64,000 bases of DNA from an uncultured Bacilli bacterium (GTDB taxonomy: Bacteria > Bacillota_I > Bacilli_A > RF39 > UBA660), in contig CANQWY010000002.1 in assembly GCA_947627675.1 (NCBI GenBank), positions 108-64,107 on the forward strand, read 5' to 3'. Below are positions 41,293 to 51,176 of this stretch, piece by piece. Position 1 is the stretch's first letter. Every line of letters begins with the position of its first letter. The translations under genes were made by a program, and so were the position numbers. The notes beneath the pieces were generated by a model. The model searched no databases and had not been told where the DNA came from. It saw nothing but the letters and a program-made list of their open reading frames with translations.

Positions 41293-43767
41293 ATGGCAGA
41301 TAGATTAGAAAAAAATAATATAGTACAAGAAGTTAAGGATTCATTTCTTGAATATTCAATGAGCGTTATTGTATCACGTGCTTTACCTGATTTAAGAGAT
41401 GGTTTAAAACCAGTACATAGACGTATTTTATATTCAATGGATGAATCTGGTTATACACCTGATAAACCTCATAAAAAGAGTGCTAGAATAGTAGGAGATG
41501 TAATGGGAAAATATCATCCTCATGGTGACTCTTCTATATATGAAGCAATGGTTAGAATGGCTCAAGATTTTTCTTATAGATATATGCTGGTTGATGGACA
41601 TGGTAATTTCGGAAATATTGAGGGTTATGGTGCCGCTGCAATGCGTTATACAGAATCTCGACTTTCTAAAATTTCTCTAGAACTTTTAAGAGATATTAAT
41701 AAAAATACTGTTAATTTTAGTCCAAATTTTGATGAAACTGAAAGAGAACCAGAAGTCCTTCCAGCTAGATTCCCTAATATTTTAGTAAACGGTGCAATGG
41801 GAATTGCAGTTGGAATGGCGACTAATATTCCTCCTCATAATTTAAGTGAAGTTATAGATGGTTGTGTTGCTTATATTGATAATCCTGATATTGATTTGGA
41901 TGGTTTGATGAAATATATTAAAGGACCAGATTTTCCAACAGGTGCTACAATATTAGGAAATAGTGGTATTAGAAAGGCTTATGAAACTGGTCGTGGTTCT
42001 ATAACTATTAGAAGCAAGGCAAGAATAGAGGAAGAAAATGGTAAACATTATATTATAGTCGATGAAGTTCCATATGGAGTTAACACACTTGAGCTAAAAA
42101 ATAAAGTTGCTGAACTTGTTCATAATAAAACAATAGAGGGAATTAGTGATTATCATACCGATTTGAAAGATGGAGTTAGAATAACAATAACTTTAAAAAG
42201 AGATGCAAATCCTCAAGTAGTTCTTAATAATTTATATAAACATACTTCCTTTCAAATTAATTATGGAATTATATTTTTAATGCTTGATCAAGGTGTTCCT
42301 AAAACTTTAGGTCTTAAAGATATTATAGTTAAGTATATTGATTATCAAAAAGAAGTTATAATTCGCCGTACTAGATTTGATTTGGATAAAGCTGAAAAGC
42401 GTGCCCATATCTTAGAAGGATTAAAAATAGCTTTAGATCATATAGATGATATTATAAAATTAATTAAATCTTCAAAGAGTGATGAAGAAGCTATGAAAGG
42501 TTTAATTAATAATTATAATTTAAGCGAAGCACAGGCCCAAGCTATTTTGGAAATGAAACTTAGAAGATTAACAGGATTAGAACGAAATAAAATCGAAAAT
42601 GAACTTAATGCTTTGCTTAAAGAAATAGAAGAACTAAAAGCCATATTAGCAAGCGATGAAAAAATTTTAAATATTATAAAAGAGGAAATGTTAGATATAA
42701 AAAGTAGATTTGGTGATGAAAGAAAAACTAATATTGATATGACTGCTATTGAATATATTGAAGACGAATCTTTAATTCCAGTTGATGATATTATAGTTAC
42801 ATTAACAAATAAAGGTTATATTAAACGTGTTAAAAGTGATGTTTATAGAACACAAAATCGTGGAGGAGTAGGAATTAAGGGTATGGCAACTAATGAAGAA
42901 GACTTTGTTGAGAGTTTAGTTAATATGAAGACTCACGATTATTTATTGTTTTTCTCAAATTTTGGTAGAGTTTATAGATTAAAAGGATACGAAATTCCTG
43001 AATTTGCTAGACAATCTAAAGGATTACCAATTATTAATTTACTATCTTTAGATAAAGAAGAAAAAATCAATTCAATGATAAATATTTCATCTGAAAATGA
43101 AAAAGTCAAATATTTAATTTTTGTAACAAAAAATGGTCTTGTAAAAAGAACACCTCTTAATGAATTTGATTCGATACGAACAAGCGGAAAAATTGCGATT
43201 ACTTTAAAAGACGATGATCAGCTAATTAGTGTTAGAAAAACTTCTGGAAATGATGAAATAATTATAGGTGCAAGTAATGGACGTATGGTTAGATTTAATG
43301 AAAATGAAGTTAGGTCAATGGGACGTACAGCAAGTGGAGTTAAAGGTATTGAATTAGATGAAAGTAATGTTGTTGGATCTGAAGTTGTGAAACCAAATCA
43401 ATATGTTTTGATTGTTACAGAAAAAGGCTATGGTAAACAAACTTTGATTGATGAATATAGATTGACTCATAGAGGAAGTAAAGGTGTAAAAGCACTAAAT
43501 ATGACAGATAAGAATGGTAGTATTGTGTCTTTAAAAACTATTGATAATATAGAAGAGGTAGACTTAATGATTATTACCAATAGTGGTGTTATAATGCGAA
43601 TGCCTTTATCTCAGGTATCTGTTTTAAAAAGAGCGACTCAAGGAGTTAGACTTATTAATTTAAAGGATGATCAAACTGTTTCAACTGTTGCAATAGTAGC
43701 TAAGGAAGAAAGTCAAGGCATTGATACTATTGAAGATGCTGATAATAAAGAGATTACTTCTGAATAG
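41293..43767 (+). CDS. gyrA: DNA gyrase subunit A
   Basis: 824 aa. Active-site Tyr region (AAMRYTE). QRDR-like motif [13 protein letters not shown]-terminal beta-pinwheel. Confidence 0.95.
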   Translation: MADRLEKNNIVQEVKDSFLEYSMSVIVSRALPDLRDGLKPVHRRILYSMDESGYTPDKPHKKSARIVGDVMGKYHPHGDSSIYEAMVRMAQDFSYRYMLVDGHGNFGNIEGYGAAAMRYTESRLSKISLELLRDINKNTVNFSPNFDETEREPEVLPARFPNILVNGAMGIAVGMATNIPPHNLSEVIDGCVAYIDNPDIDLDGLMKYIKGPDFPTGATILGNSGIRKAYETGRGSITIRSKARIEEENGKHYIIVDEVPYGVNTLELKNKVAELVHNKTIEGISDYHTDLKDGVRITITLKRDANPQVVLNNLYKHTSFQINYGIIFLMLDQGVPKTLGLKDIIVKYIDYQKEVIIRRTRFDLDKAEKRAHILEGLKIALDHIDDIIKLIKSSKSDEEAMKGLINNYNLSEAQAQAILEMKLRRLTGLERNKIENELNALLKEIEELKAILASDEKILNIIKEEMLDIKSRFGDERKTNIDMTAIEYIEDESLIPVDDIIVTLTNKGYIKRVKSDVYRTQNRGGVGIKGMATNEEDFVESLVNMKTHDYLLFFSNFGRVYRLKGYEIPEFARQSKGLPIINLLSLDKEEKINSMINISSENEKVKYLIFVTKNGLVKRTPLNEFDSIRTSGKIAITLKDDDQLISVRKTSGNDEIIIGASNGRMVRFNENEVRSMGRTASGVKGIELDESNVVGSEVVKPNQYVLIVTEKGYGKQTLIDEYRLTHRGSKGVKALNMTDKNGSIVSLKTIDNIEEVDLMIITNSGVIMRMPLSQVSVLKRATQGVRLINLKDDQTVSTVAIVAKEESQGIDTIEDADNKEITSE

Positions 43768-43840
43768 AAGTAATCATTTTTATTATATTAGTACATTTGA
43801 AATAATATAAATATTAGTTATTAGTTTACAAATAAGTAAA

Positions 43841-43885
43841 ATTGGCATACTTAAAAAGATCTAAATGGTATTTGGCATTGTCAAT
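43841..43885. repeat. Conserved ~45-bp motif, copy 1 (ATTGGCATACTTAAAAAGATCTAAATGGTATTTGGCATTGTCAA)
   Basis: About 80% identical to a second copy at 44615..44662. Function unknown. Confidence 0.4.
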
Positions 43886-44005
43886 TTTTGCAGGCTTCAA
43901 AGAAAAAACTCTTTTTAAGAGTAAATCTATTATAAACAAATGTTCTATTAAATTAAATTGATTTTCTAATTTACTTAGCAAAAATATCTTATATTTTATT
44001 TCTAT

Positions 44006-44034
44006 CTCATTATGAAAATAATTTTCATAATGAG
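44006..44034. promoter_or_regulatory. 29-bp perfect palindrome CTCATTATGAAAATAATTTTCATAATGAG (possible 7-1-7 Fur-family-like operator)
   Basis: Perfect inverted repeat. The inner TGAAAAT-A-ATTTTCA resembles the Fur-family 7-1-7 box TGATAAT-N-ATTATCA with one mismatch per half. Confidence 0.3.
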
Positions 44035-44614
44035 AAAATAGCTATAACATGGATGTATGAATTTTCATAATTTTAAATAAATATTAAATTTTTTTTATTA
44101 TGTTCCTACCACATAACATAATAAAAATCCCTGTTATGCTGGTGATAGTTGAAGAAGTGATAGCATTAGTGAAAAAACTAAATCACCTTTTGATATAATA
44201 GATAATGGTTTGCCAATCAAAATCTAAAATCAGAGGAGAATTTATTTTAGAGGCAAAAAAATGATAAAAGTTCATTTTTTCATGCGAGATGGAATTGTCA
44301 ATATCACCATGTATTATTAAATATACTCCAATATCTCTAATAAATTTTCTATATATTACCTTTCTTCTATATTTTGGTGTGAAGGCTATGTGAATATAAA
44401 GTAGTTGTAATAGTAAAAGTGCGGCATATCCAGATCATTATACATATGTTAGTAAAAATTCCACTAAAATTAGTGTATTATCTTTTATGAAATATTTAAA
44501 GGATAAGAATAGATAGATCAAATATATATGATTAAGATTTGGAAGATAAAATAAAAGATTAAAGAAGTTAGAATGAATAGACATGTTTACGGGTAAGTAA
44601 TAGTGACAAAGATA

Positions 44615-44662
44615 ATTGGTATATTAAAAAAGCTCTAAATGGTAGCTGGCACTGTCAAACTT
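44615..44662. repeat. Conserved ~45-bp motif, copy 2
   Basis: AATTGGTATATTAAAAAAGCTCTAAATGGTAGCTGGCACTGTCAAA aligns with copy 1. Confidence 0.4.
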
Positions 44663-44764
44663 TAATATAATAAATGAAATTGAGATGTTTTCATTGAATT
44701 ATATAGATATATTAATCATAATTTTATATGAATCTATAAATTATGTACAATATATAATTAAGTA

Positions 44765-45335
44765 AATTATTTCCCGGGAAATAATTTAAAACTTTTTATT
44801 TATAGAAATTTCAAATTTTAATTTTTTAATTAAAAATAATTTGATAACATTTTTTAAGAAATTAATTCATTTATAAAAATATTATCATTATTTAGTATTA
44901 ATAAAAAATATAAACTCAAACTTGATATTTTTTAAAGATTAACGTTTCACGTGAAACATTGTATTTTTTTCTTATTCTTATCATTAAATTTTTTTAGGAT
45001 ATTATTTCCCGGGAAATAATTTAAAACTTTTTATTTATAGAAATTTCAAATTTTAATTTTTTAATTAAAAATAATTTGATAATATTTTTTAAGAAATCAA
45101 TTCATTTATAAAAATATTATCATTATTTAGTATTAATAAAAAATATAAATTCAAACTTGATATTTTTTAAAGATTAACGTTTCACGTGAAACATTGTATT
45201 TTTTTCTTATTCTTATTATTAAGTTTTTTTAGGATATTATTTCCCGGGAAATAATTTAAATAATTATAATGTTTCACGTGAAACATAAAGAAATAAGCAG
45301 TTATTAAATAAAAAAAATATTTCCCGGGAAATATT
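44765..45335. repeat. 235-bp direct tandem repeat (2 full units + partial) carrying alternating NBS and parS palindromes
   Basis: NBS ATTTCCCGGGAAAT at 44769, 45004, 45239 and 45319. parS at 44943 and 45178 (CGTTTCACGTGAAACA, 15/16) and at 45270 (TGTTTCACGTGAAACA, 16/16). Unit period is exactly 235 bp with near-identical units. Confidence 0.85.
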
Positions 45336-45391
45336 TTGAAATAGATAATATAAATAAATTGCTTTTTTTAATAGTTTATTATAAAATGTAA

Positions 45392-45473
45392 TCGTGCAAT
45401 AAATTTATGTGGAAACAGGTCAGGATCGGAAGATAGCAGCCTTAACACAATAGATTTATGTGCACTTTTTTTT
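45392..45473 (+). ncRNA. ffs: Signal recognition particle RNA (small 4.5S-type SRP RNA)
   Basis: Conserved domain IV sequence CAGGUCAGGAUCGGAAGAUAGCAGCC flanked by a pairing helix (GTGCAATAAATTTATGTGG / CACAATAGATTTATGTGCAC) and a T8 run. Located next to tadA and dnaX, as in Bacillus. Confidence 0.6.
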
Positions 45474-45482
45474 GGAGGAAAT

Positions 45483-45929
45483 ATGAAAGAAAAATATATG
45501 CTTATTGCTATCGCAGAAGCAGAAAAAGCTTTAAAATTAGGTGAAGTACCTGTGGGTGCTGTAATTGTAAAAGATGATAACATTATATCAAAAGCTTATA
45601 ATAAAAAAGAAAAAAATCAAATGGTTACTTCACATGCAGAAATTTTAGCAATAGAAAAAGCTTCAAAAAAACTAAAAAATTGGCGTTTAGAAGATTGTGA
45701 GCTATATGTTACTTTAGAACCTTGTCCTATGTGTGCTAGTGCAATAAAACAATCCAGAATTAAAAAAATTTATTATGGCCTAAGCAATAGCGATAAAAAT
45801 AATAGAAAAATAATTGAGCTGATTTTACAGAAAGATTATGTTAATCCTGAAGTACAAATAAATAACGGATATTTTTCAAAACAAATAAATAAATTGTTAA
45901 GTAATTTTTTTAGAGATATAAGAAAATAA
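45483..45929 (+). CDS. tadA: tRNA-specific adenosine deaminase
   Basis: HAEILAI and PCPMCA zinc-binding motifs. 148 aa. Confidence 0.9.
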   Translation: MKEKYMLIAIAEAEKALKLGEVPVGAVIVKDDNIISKAYNKKEKNQMVTSHAEILAIEKASKKLKNWRLEDCELYVTLEPCPMCASAIKQSRIKKIYYGLSNSDKNNRKIIELILQKDYVNPEVQINNGYFSKQINKLLSNFFRDIRK

Positions 45930-45987
45930 TGTATATTTAGATAAAATTTTGATATAATTTAATCTGTTAGGTTGGTGAAATAAATAT

Positions 45988-47649
45988 ATGTATCAAACGT
46001 TATATAGAAAATATAGATCTAAAAAATTTTCTGAACTAGTTGGACAAGACGTTATTGTTAAAACATTAAAAAACTCTATAAAAAACGAAAAAATTTCACA
46101 TGCATATTTATTTGTAGGTCCACGAGGAACAGGAAAAACTTCAACTGCTAAAATATTCGCGAGAGCTGTAAATTGCTTAGATAATGATGCTGGAGAAATT
46201 TGCGGAAAATGTTCTATGTGCAATATATCAAATAGTAGCGAATGTTTAGATATTATAGAAATAGATGCTGCTTCTAATAATGGTGTAGATGAAATAAGAA
46301 ATTTAAGAGATAAAGTTAATTTAGTTCCTAATCAACTTAAATATAAAGTATATATTATTGATGAAGTACATATGTTAACTATCCAAGCTTTTAATGCTTT
46401 ATTAAAAACACTGGAAGAACCACCAGAACATATTATATTTATATTGGCAACTACTGATATACAAAAAGTTCCGGAAACTATTATATCTAGATGTCAATGT
46501 TTTAATTTTTCTAGAATGACACAACAAAATATAATAGATAATTTATCTAAAATATGTAATGAGGAAAAAATTAATATAGATTTAGAAGTACTAAAGCAAA
46601 TTTCATTAGCTGCTGATGGCGGAATGAGAGATGCACTGAGTATTTTAGATAAGTTAATTTCATATGGTGAAGATAATATAAAATTAGATGATTTTTTACA
46701 ACTTAATGGTCTAGTTACAGTAACTGAAATAGAAAGTTTTATAAACTATATTTTTTCTAAGGACGTAAAAAATGTTATTGATCAAATATGCGATTGGAAT
46801 TTAAAAGGTAAAAATTTAATTCAAATTATGATGCAATCATTAGAATATTTAAAGGATAAATTAATTAGAGCATATACAGATAATAATGATATTAATACTA
46901 ATAAATATCAAATGCTTGCAAATTTATTGAATGAAAAAATGATAAATATTAAAAAAAGTTCTAATCCTAATATTTATATTGAAATTATTCTTTTAGATTT
47001 TATTTCTTCACTTAATAATGAGTTAAATATTTCCCGGGAAATAATTCCAGAAAAAAGTTCGAGTGATAATAATGTTTCACGTGAAACATTATTAGAATCA
47101 AAAAATACAATTAACTACAAACAAATAGAAAAAAAAGATATTACTAACTCTTTAGATGAACAAAATAGTAATATAAGAGATATAATGAATGTTAGAATAA
47201 ATAATACTTTTATAGATGCAACAAAAAACGAACTAAAACAAATGATAAATGAATTTAGTAAATTAAATGATTATGTTTTTGATCAAAATATTGGTTATTT
47301 AGTTTGTGCATTATTAGAAGGAAAGATTAGATTAAGTAGTTCTGAATATATAGTAATAAGTTATGAATATGACTCAGTAGTAAGTACAAATATTGTTAAT
47401 TATCAGAAAATGGAATCTGTTTTAAAAGATATACTTAATATAAATAAAAAAATTGCAATTATTTCTGATTCTGATTGGAATAAGGTTGCAAAAGATTTTA
47501 TAGAAAATAAGAAAAATAACATTAGTTATGAATATATAGAAGAACCAGAACTATTGTTTGATAAAACAAAAAAAATAGAAAATAATACAAATAATAAAAA
47601 TAATGATAGCATTTCAGATGTATTTGGTGATATAGTAGAAATATACTAA
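45988..47649 (+). CDS. dnaX: DNA polymerase III subunit tau (single-product, gamma/tau)
   Basis: AAA+ GPRGTGKTS. Zinc module CGKCSMC. 553 aa. Position before ybaB-recR. Confidence 0.9.
   Translation: MYQTLYRKYRSKKFSELVGQDVIVKTLKNSIKNEKISHAYLFVGPRGTGKTSTAKIFARAVNCLDNDAGEICGKCSMCNISNSSECLDIIEIDAASNNGVDEIRNLRDKVNLVPNQLKYKVYIIDEVHMLTIQAFNALLKTLEEPPEHIIFILATTDIQKVPETIISRCQCFNFSRMTQQNIIDNLSKICNEEKINIDLEVLKQISLAADGGMRDALSILDKLISYGEDNIKLDDFLQLNGLVTVTEIESFINYIFSKDVKNVIDQICDWNLKGKNLIQIMMQSLEYLKDKLIRAYTDNNDINTNKYQMLANLLNEKMINIKKSSNPNIYIEIILLDFISSLNNELNISREIIPEKSSSDNNVSRETLLESKNTINYKQIEKKDITNSLDEQNSNIRDIMNVRINNTFIDATKNELKQMINEFSKLNDYVFDQNIGYLVCALLEGKIRLSSSEYIVISYEYDSVVSTNIVNYQKMESVLKDILNINKKIAIISDSDWNKVAKDFIENKKNNISYEYIEEPELLFDKTKKIENNTNNKNNDSISDVFGDIVEIY
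47029..47088. promoter_or_regulatory. NBS (47029-47042) + perfect parS (47073-47088) pair embedded in-frame in the dnaX coding sequence
   Basis: ATTTCCCGGGAAAT and TGTTTCACGTGAAACA (inside the 26-bp perfect palindrome AATAATGTTTCACGTGAAACATTATT), separated by 30 bp. Encodes ...NISREIIPEKSSSDNNVSRETLL... in the variable linker of tau. Confidence 0.75.
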
Positions 47650-47668
47650 AAATGAAAGGGTGATATAT

Positions 47669-47962
47669 ATGAATATGCAAGCAATTATGAAACAAGCACA
47701 AGCAATGCAAAAAGATATGATGAAAATAAAAGAAGAAATTGATAAAACAGAATTTGAAGGTGAAAGTTCTTTTGTTAAAGTTAAAATTAATGGAAAAAAA
47801 GAACTTTTAGAGGTCAAGATCAATAGTGATAATATTGATAAAGACGACATAGAAATACTACAGGATATGATTGTTGTTGCAACAAATCAAGCAATGCAAA
47901 AAGTAGATAAAATGACAGAAAGCAAAATGTCTAAATATGGTAATATACCAGGATTGTTTTAA
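47669..47962 (+). CDS. ybaB: Nucleoid-associated protein YbaB/EbfC
   Basis: About 97 aa, MNMQAIMKQAQAMQKDMMK... typical YbaB. Between dnaX and recR. Confidence 0.85.
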   Translation: MNMQAIMKQAQAMQKDMMKIKEEIDKTEFEGESSFVKVKINGKKELLEVKINSDNIDKDDIEILQDMIVVATNQAMQKVDKMTESKMSKYGNIPGLF

Positions 47963-47967
47963 TTCAT

Positions 47968-48564
47968 ATGTATCCAAATAGTATAAAAAACTTAATTGAG
48001 GCTTTTAAGTATTTGCCAGGAATCGGTCAAAAGACAGCCGAAAGGTTAGCATTTTCTGTTATAGATTTTGAAGATGAAGAAATTGAATTTTTTGAAAATA
48101 GTTTGTTAGACATTAAAAATAAGATCCATACATGTTCTATATGTAATTCGCTAACAGAAAATGATATTTGTGATATTTGTAGTGATAATCATAGAGATAG
48201 TAATATTTTATGTGTTGTTGATGATGTAAAAACAATTTTTACTTTTGAAAATATGAATGTATTTAAGGGGAAATATCATGTCTTAAAAGGTCTTATTTCG
48301 CCTATTGATGGTATAAATCCTGAAGATATAGGAATTTCTTCCTTAATAGAACGAATTAGAAAAGAAAAATTTAATGAAATAGTGTTTGCATTTAGACCAA
48401 GTATTGAGGGAGAAACTACAGCATTATACATTAAAAAAATTATAGAAGATTTAAATATAAAAACTACAAGATTAGCAAGTGGTATACCTATGGGAGCTGA
48501 TATGGAATACATTGATAGTCTAACGTTAGAAAGAGCACTAAGTGATAGAAAAGAAATAGAATAA
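47968..48564 (+). CDS. recR: Recombination protein RecR
   Basis: HhH N-terminus, C4 zinc finger (CSICNSL...CDIC) and Toprim domain. 198 aa. Confidence 0.9.
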   Translation: MYPNSIKNLIEAFKYLPGIGQKTAERLAFSVIDFEDEEIEFFENSLLDIKNKIHTCSICNSLTENDICDICSDNHRDSNILCVVDDVKTIFTFENMNVFKGKYHVLKGLISPIDGINPEDIGISSLIERIRKEKFNEIVFAFRPSIEGETTALYIKKIIEDLNIKTTRLASGIPMGADMEYIDSLTLERALSDRKEIE

Positions 48565-48601
48565 TTATTTATTTTTTTCATATTATTTTGTAGGTGATAA
48601 T

Positions 48602-48787
48602 ATGAAAAAAATATTAGAAATATTAAAGAAAATAGTATTTAGTTCTTTTCTTTTATATGGTTATAATCTTATTGCTAGTAATTTTAATTTAATAATTCCA
48701 ATAAATATTATTACAATATTTATTGTTACGTTATTAGGAGCTCCTGGTTTGTTTGCATTAATACTTTTTAAAGTTACTGTTTTGTAA
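48602..48787 (+). CDS. bofA: BofA-like small membrane protein (pro-sigma-K processing inhibitor family)
   Basis: 61 aa. The C-terminal IIPINIITIFIVTLLGAPGLFALI resembles the BofA conserved C-terminus as recalled. Lies after recR, as in B. subtilis. Confidence 0.45.
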   Translation: MKKILEILKKIVFSSFLLYGYNLIASNFNLIIPINIITIFIVTLLGAPGLFALILFKVTVL

Positions 48788-48814
48788 ATATTAAAAGTGT
48801 GAGAGGTGTTAGCT

Positions 48815-49648
48815 ATGGATTTTAATATTCAAAAAGAATTTTTTAATTTTCTTAATAAAGAAATTAAAACAAATAGAGTTTCTCACGCATATCTAATTGA
48901 GACTAATAATTTTTCTGATATTGATAATTTTTTAAATGTTTTAGTTAAAATGCTTCTTTGCCCAAATAAAAATATAGAAAATAATTGTAATAAATGTAAT
49001 ATATGTAACTTAGTTGATAGTAATAATTATCCTGATTTGAAAATAATAGATACTGACACAAATTTTATAAAAAAAGAACAGTTATTAGAGGTAATGGATA
49101 ATTTTAAAAATAAATCGCTATATGGTATTAGACAGATATATATTATAAAAGATGCTAGTAAACTTAATAGTTCATCTGGTAATACAATTTTAAAATTTTT
49201 AGAAGAGCCTTCTCCTAACATTATTGCAATATTGTTGTGTAAAAACCGTTATAATGTCTTAGAAACTATAATATCTAGATGTCAAATCTTTTCATTAAAA
49301 AGTGATTCTGATTTAATATATGAAGATAAAGTAAATACATTAATTTTAGCATTATTTGACAAAAATAAAGGTTTTTTAGTATTTAATGAAATACTTTCAA
49401 TAATTCCAGATAAAAAAGAAGCTGTAAAGTATTTAAGAATTATAGAAGAATATTTTTTTAATATTATAAATAAAAAGGAAAATATATTAAAGGAGGATAT
49501 AGTAAAATTTATTACAAGTATTAGTGATGATATTATTTATAAATTAATATTAATTATAGAAAAATATTTAAATATAATGAATTTTAACGTTAACTATAAA
49601 CTTACTATAGATAATTTACTTATTGAAATAGAGGGGGTAATTGCATGA
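48815..49648 (+). CDS. holB: DNA polymerase III delta-prime subunit
   Basis: AAA+-like clamp-loader fold with HAYLIE motif. Position before ricT. The start is taken at 48815 behind a GAGAGG RBS; the ORF track starts at 48806. Confidence 0.75.
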   Translation: MDFNIQKEFFNFLNKEIKTNRVSHAYLIETNNFSDIDNFLNVLVKMLLCPNKNIENNCNKCNICNLVDSNNYPDLKIIDTDTNFIKKEQLLEVMDNFKNKSLYGIRQIYIIKDASKLNSSSGNTILKFLEEPSPNIIAILLCKNRYNVLETIISRCQIFSLKSDSDLIYEDKVNTLILALFDKNKGFLVFNEILSIIPDKKEAVKYLRIIEEYFFNIINKKENILKEDIVKFITSISDDIIYKLILIIEKYLNIMNFNVNYKLTIDNLLIEIEGVIA

Positions 49649-50427
49649 AAAATGTAGAAGTGATGATAGAGGGTAGTAATGATAAGATTTTTTGCAATAG
49701 TAATATTGATTTAGTAAAAGGAGATCAAGTAATTGTTTCAATAAATAATATTTTATATAATGGATATGTAGTTTTAGAGGCTGATATTGATAATTCTAAT
49801 TCTAATAATGTTGTTAGAAAGGTTAATATAAAAGATATTAATATTATAGAAAAAAATCGTAAAGATTGTATTAATGCTCTGGAAGAGGTTAAAAAAATTT
49901 CAAAAAAGTTAAATCTATTTATGAGCTTTGTTGATTGCTATTATACGTTTGATAGAAAACAATTATATTTTACATTTGTTGCTGATAATAGAGTAGATTT
50001 TAGAGAATTGGCAAAAAGATTAGCTGAAAAATATAAAACAAGGATTGAACTAAGACAGATTGGAATACGTGATAAAGCAAAGAAAATAGGAGGGTTAGGA
50101 CCTTGTGGTCTATTTTTATGTTGTAATAAATTTTTGAATGATTTTAATAGTGTCTCTATCAATATGGCTAAGAATCAATTTTTAGCTTTAAATCCTTCCA
50201 AAATCAATGGATTATGTGGTAGATTATTATGTTGCTTGAAGTATGAAGATTTTCAATATAAAGAATTAAAACAAGGTGCTCCTAGTATTGGCTCTTATTA
50301 TGAAACTGAAAAAGGTAAAGGAAAAGTAATAAGTATAGATATTTTTAAGAATACTTGTAATATTGAGTTAGATGATAAAAGCATTATTGTAGCTAATTAT
50401 GGTGAAAAAGATGAAAGTACTAAATGA
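49645..50427 (+). CDS. ricT: PSP1-domain regulator RicT (YaaT)
   Basis: 260 aa. PSP1 C-terminal domain with conserved Cys cluster (GPCGLFLCC...GLCGRLLCC). Confidence 0.75.
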   Translation: MKNVEVMIEGSNDKIFCNSNIDLVKGDQVIVSINNILYNGYVVLEADIDNSNSNNVVRKVNIKDINIIEKNRKDCINALEEVKKISKKLNLFMSFVDCYYTFDRKQLYFTFVADNRVDFRELAKRLAEKYKTRIELRQIGIRDKAKKIGGLGPCGLFLCCNKFLNDFNSVSINMAKNQFLALNPSKINGLCGRLLCCLKYEDFQYKELKQGAPSIGSYYETEKGKGKVISIDIFKNTCNIELDDKSIIVANYGEKDESTK

Positions 50428-51139
50428 AATTTTAGATTATAATATGAAAATATACCAAGATAATGATTGGTTTTGTTTTTCAATTGATAGTATAATTCTT
50501 GCTAATTTTTTAAATATAAGGCAGCGGGCAAAAAAAATACTAGATTTAGGTACAGGTAATGCAATTATTCCATTAATTTTATCACGCAGAACTAATTCAA
50601 TAATCGAAGGAGTTGAAATACAAAAAGATTTAGTTGATCTTGCTAACAATTCTATAAAATATAATAAATTAGAAGATAGAATAAAAATATATAATTGTGA
50701 TATAAAAGAATTTGGTAAAAATAAAAAATTGTATAATACATATGATATTATTGTGTGTAATCCCCCTTATTTTAAAAAAAATGCTAATAGCATTAAAAAT
50801 TTAGATGTACATAAAGCTATTGCCAGGCATGAGATGTGTATTACTCTCGAAGATATTTTCCAAGTGGCTTTCAATTTATTAAAAGAAGGTGCCGTTTATG
50901 CAACTGTAAATAGAGTTGATAGATTTGTAGAAATAATGGAATTATTTAAAAAATATAAATTTGAAGTTAAATATATTAGATTTGTTTATGACAATGTAGA
51001 CTCTAAGCCAAGTTTATTCTATATTGAAGGGATAAAATGCGGTAATTCAGGACTTATCATTGATAGACCATTTATTATGTATGACAAAAATAATATTGAA
51101 ACTGACGAATATAAAAAAATAAAAGAAGGTAAAATATAA
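50399..51139 (+). CDS. tRNA (adenine37-N6)-methyltransferase-like (YabB/TrmN6 family)
   Basis: SAM motif LDLGTGNA and the CNPPYF catalytic motif. Confidence 0.7.
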   Translation: MVKKMKVLNEILDYNMKIYQDNDWFCFSIDSIILANFLNIRQRAKKILDLGTGNAIIPLILSRRTNSIIEGVEIQKDLVDLANNSIKYNKLEDRIKIYNCDIKEFGKNKKLYNTYDIIVCNPPYFKKNANSIKNLDVHKAIARHEMCITLEDIFQVAFNLLKEGAVYATVNRVDRFVEIMELFKKYKFEVKYIRFVYDNVDSKPSLFYIEGIKCGNSGLIIDRPFIMYDKNNIETDEYKKIKEGKI

Positions 51140-51176
51140 TTATTAAATTTTTATAAGAAATTTTATGGAGGTAGTA

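Noticed and set aside
43841-43885. TGGCA...TTGCA read as a sigma-54 (-24/-12) promoter
   Set aside because: Spacing between the GG and GC elements is 14 nt rather than the required 10. The second copy lacks the TTGCA entirely.
44765-45335. Repeats considered as a CRISPR array
   Set aside because: Period is 235 bp with nearly identical full units, not 25-40-bp repeats separated by unique spacers. No cas genes nearby.
43768-45391. Expected rRNA operon downstream of gyrA
   Set aside because: No 16S or 23S conserved sequences are present (for example no GGATCACCTCCTT anti-SD region). The region is ORF-free but not rDNA.
45368-45583. 71-aa minus-strand ORF
   Set aside because: Overlaps the SRP RNA hairpin and the tadA start on the opposite strand. 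Spurious.
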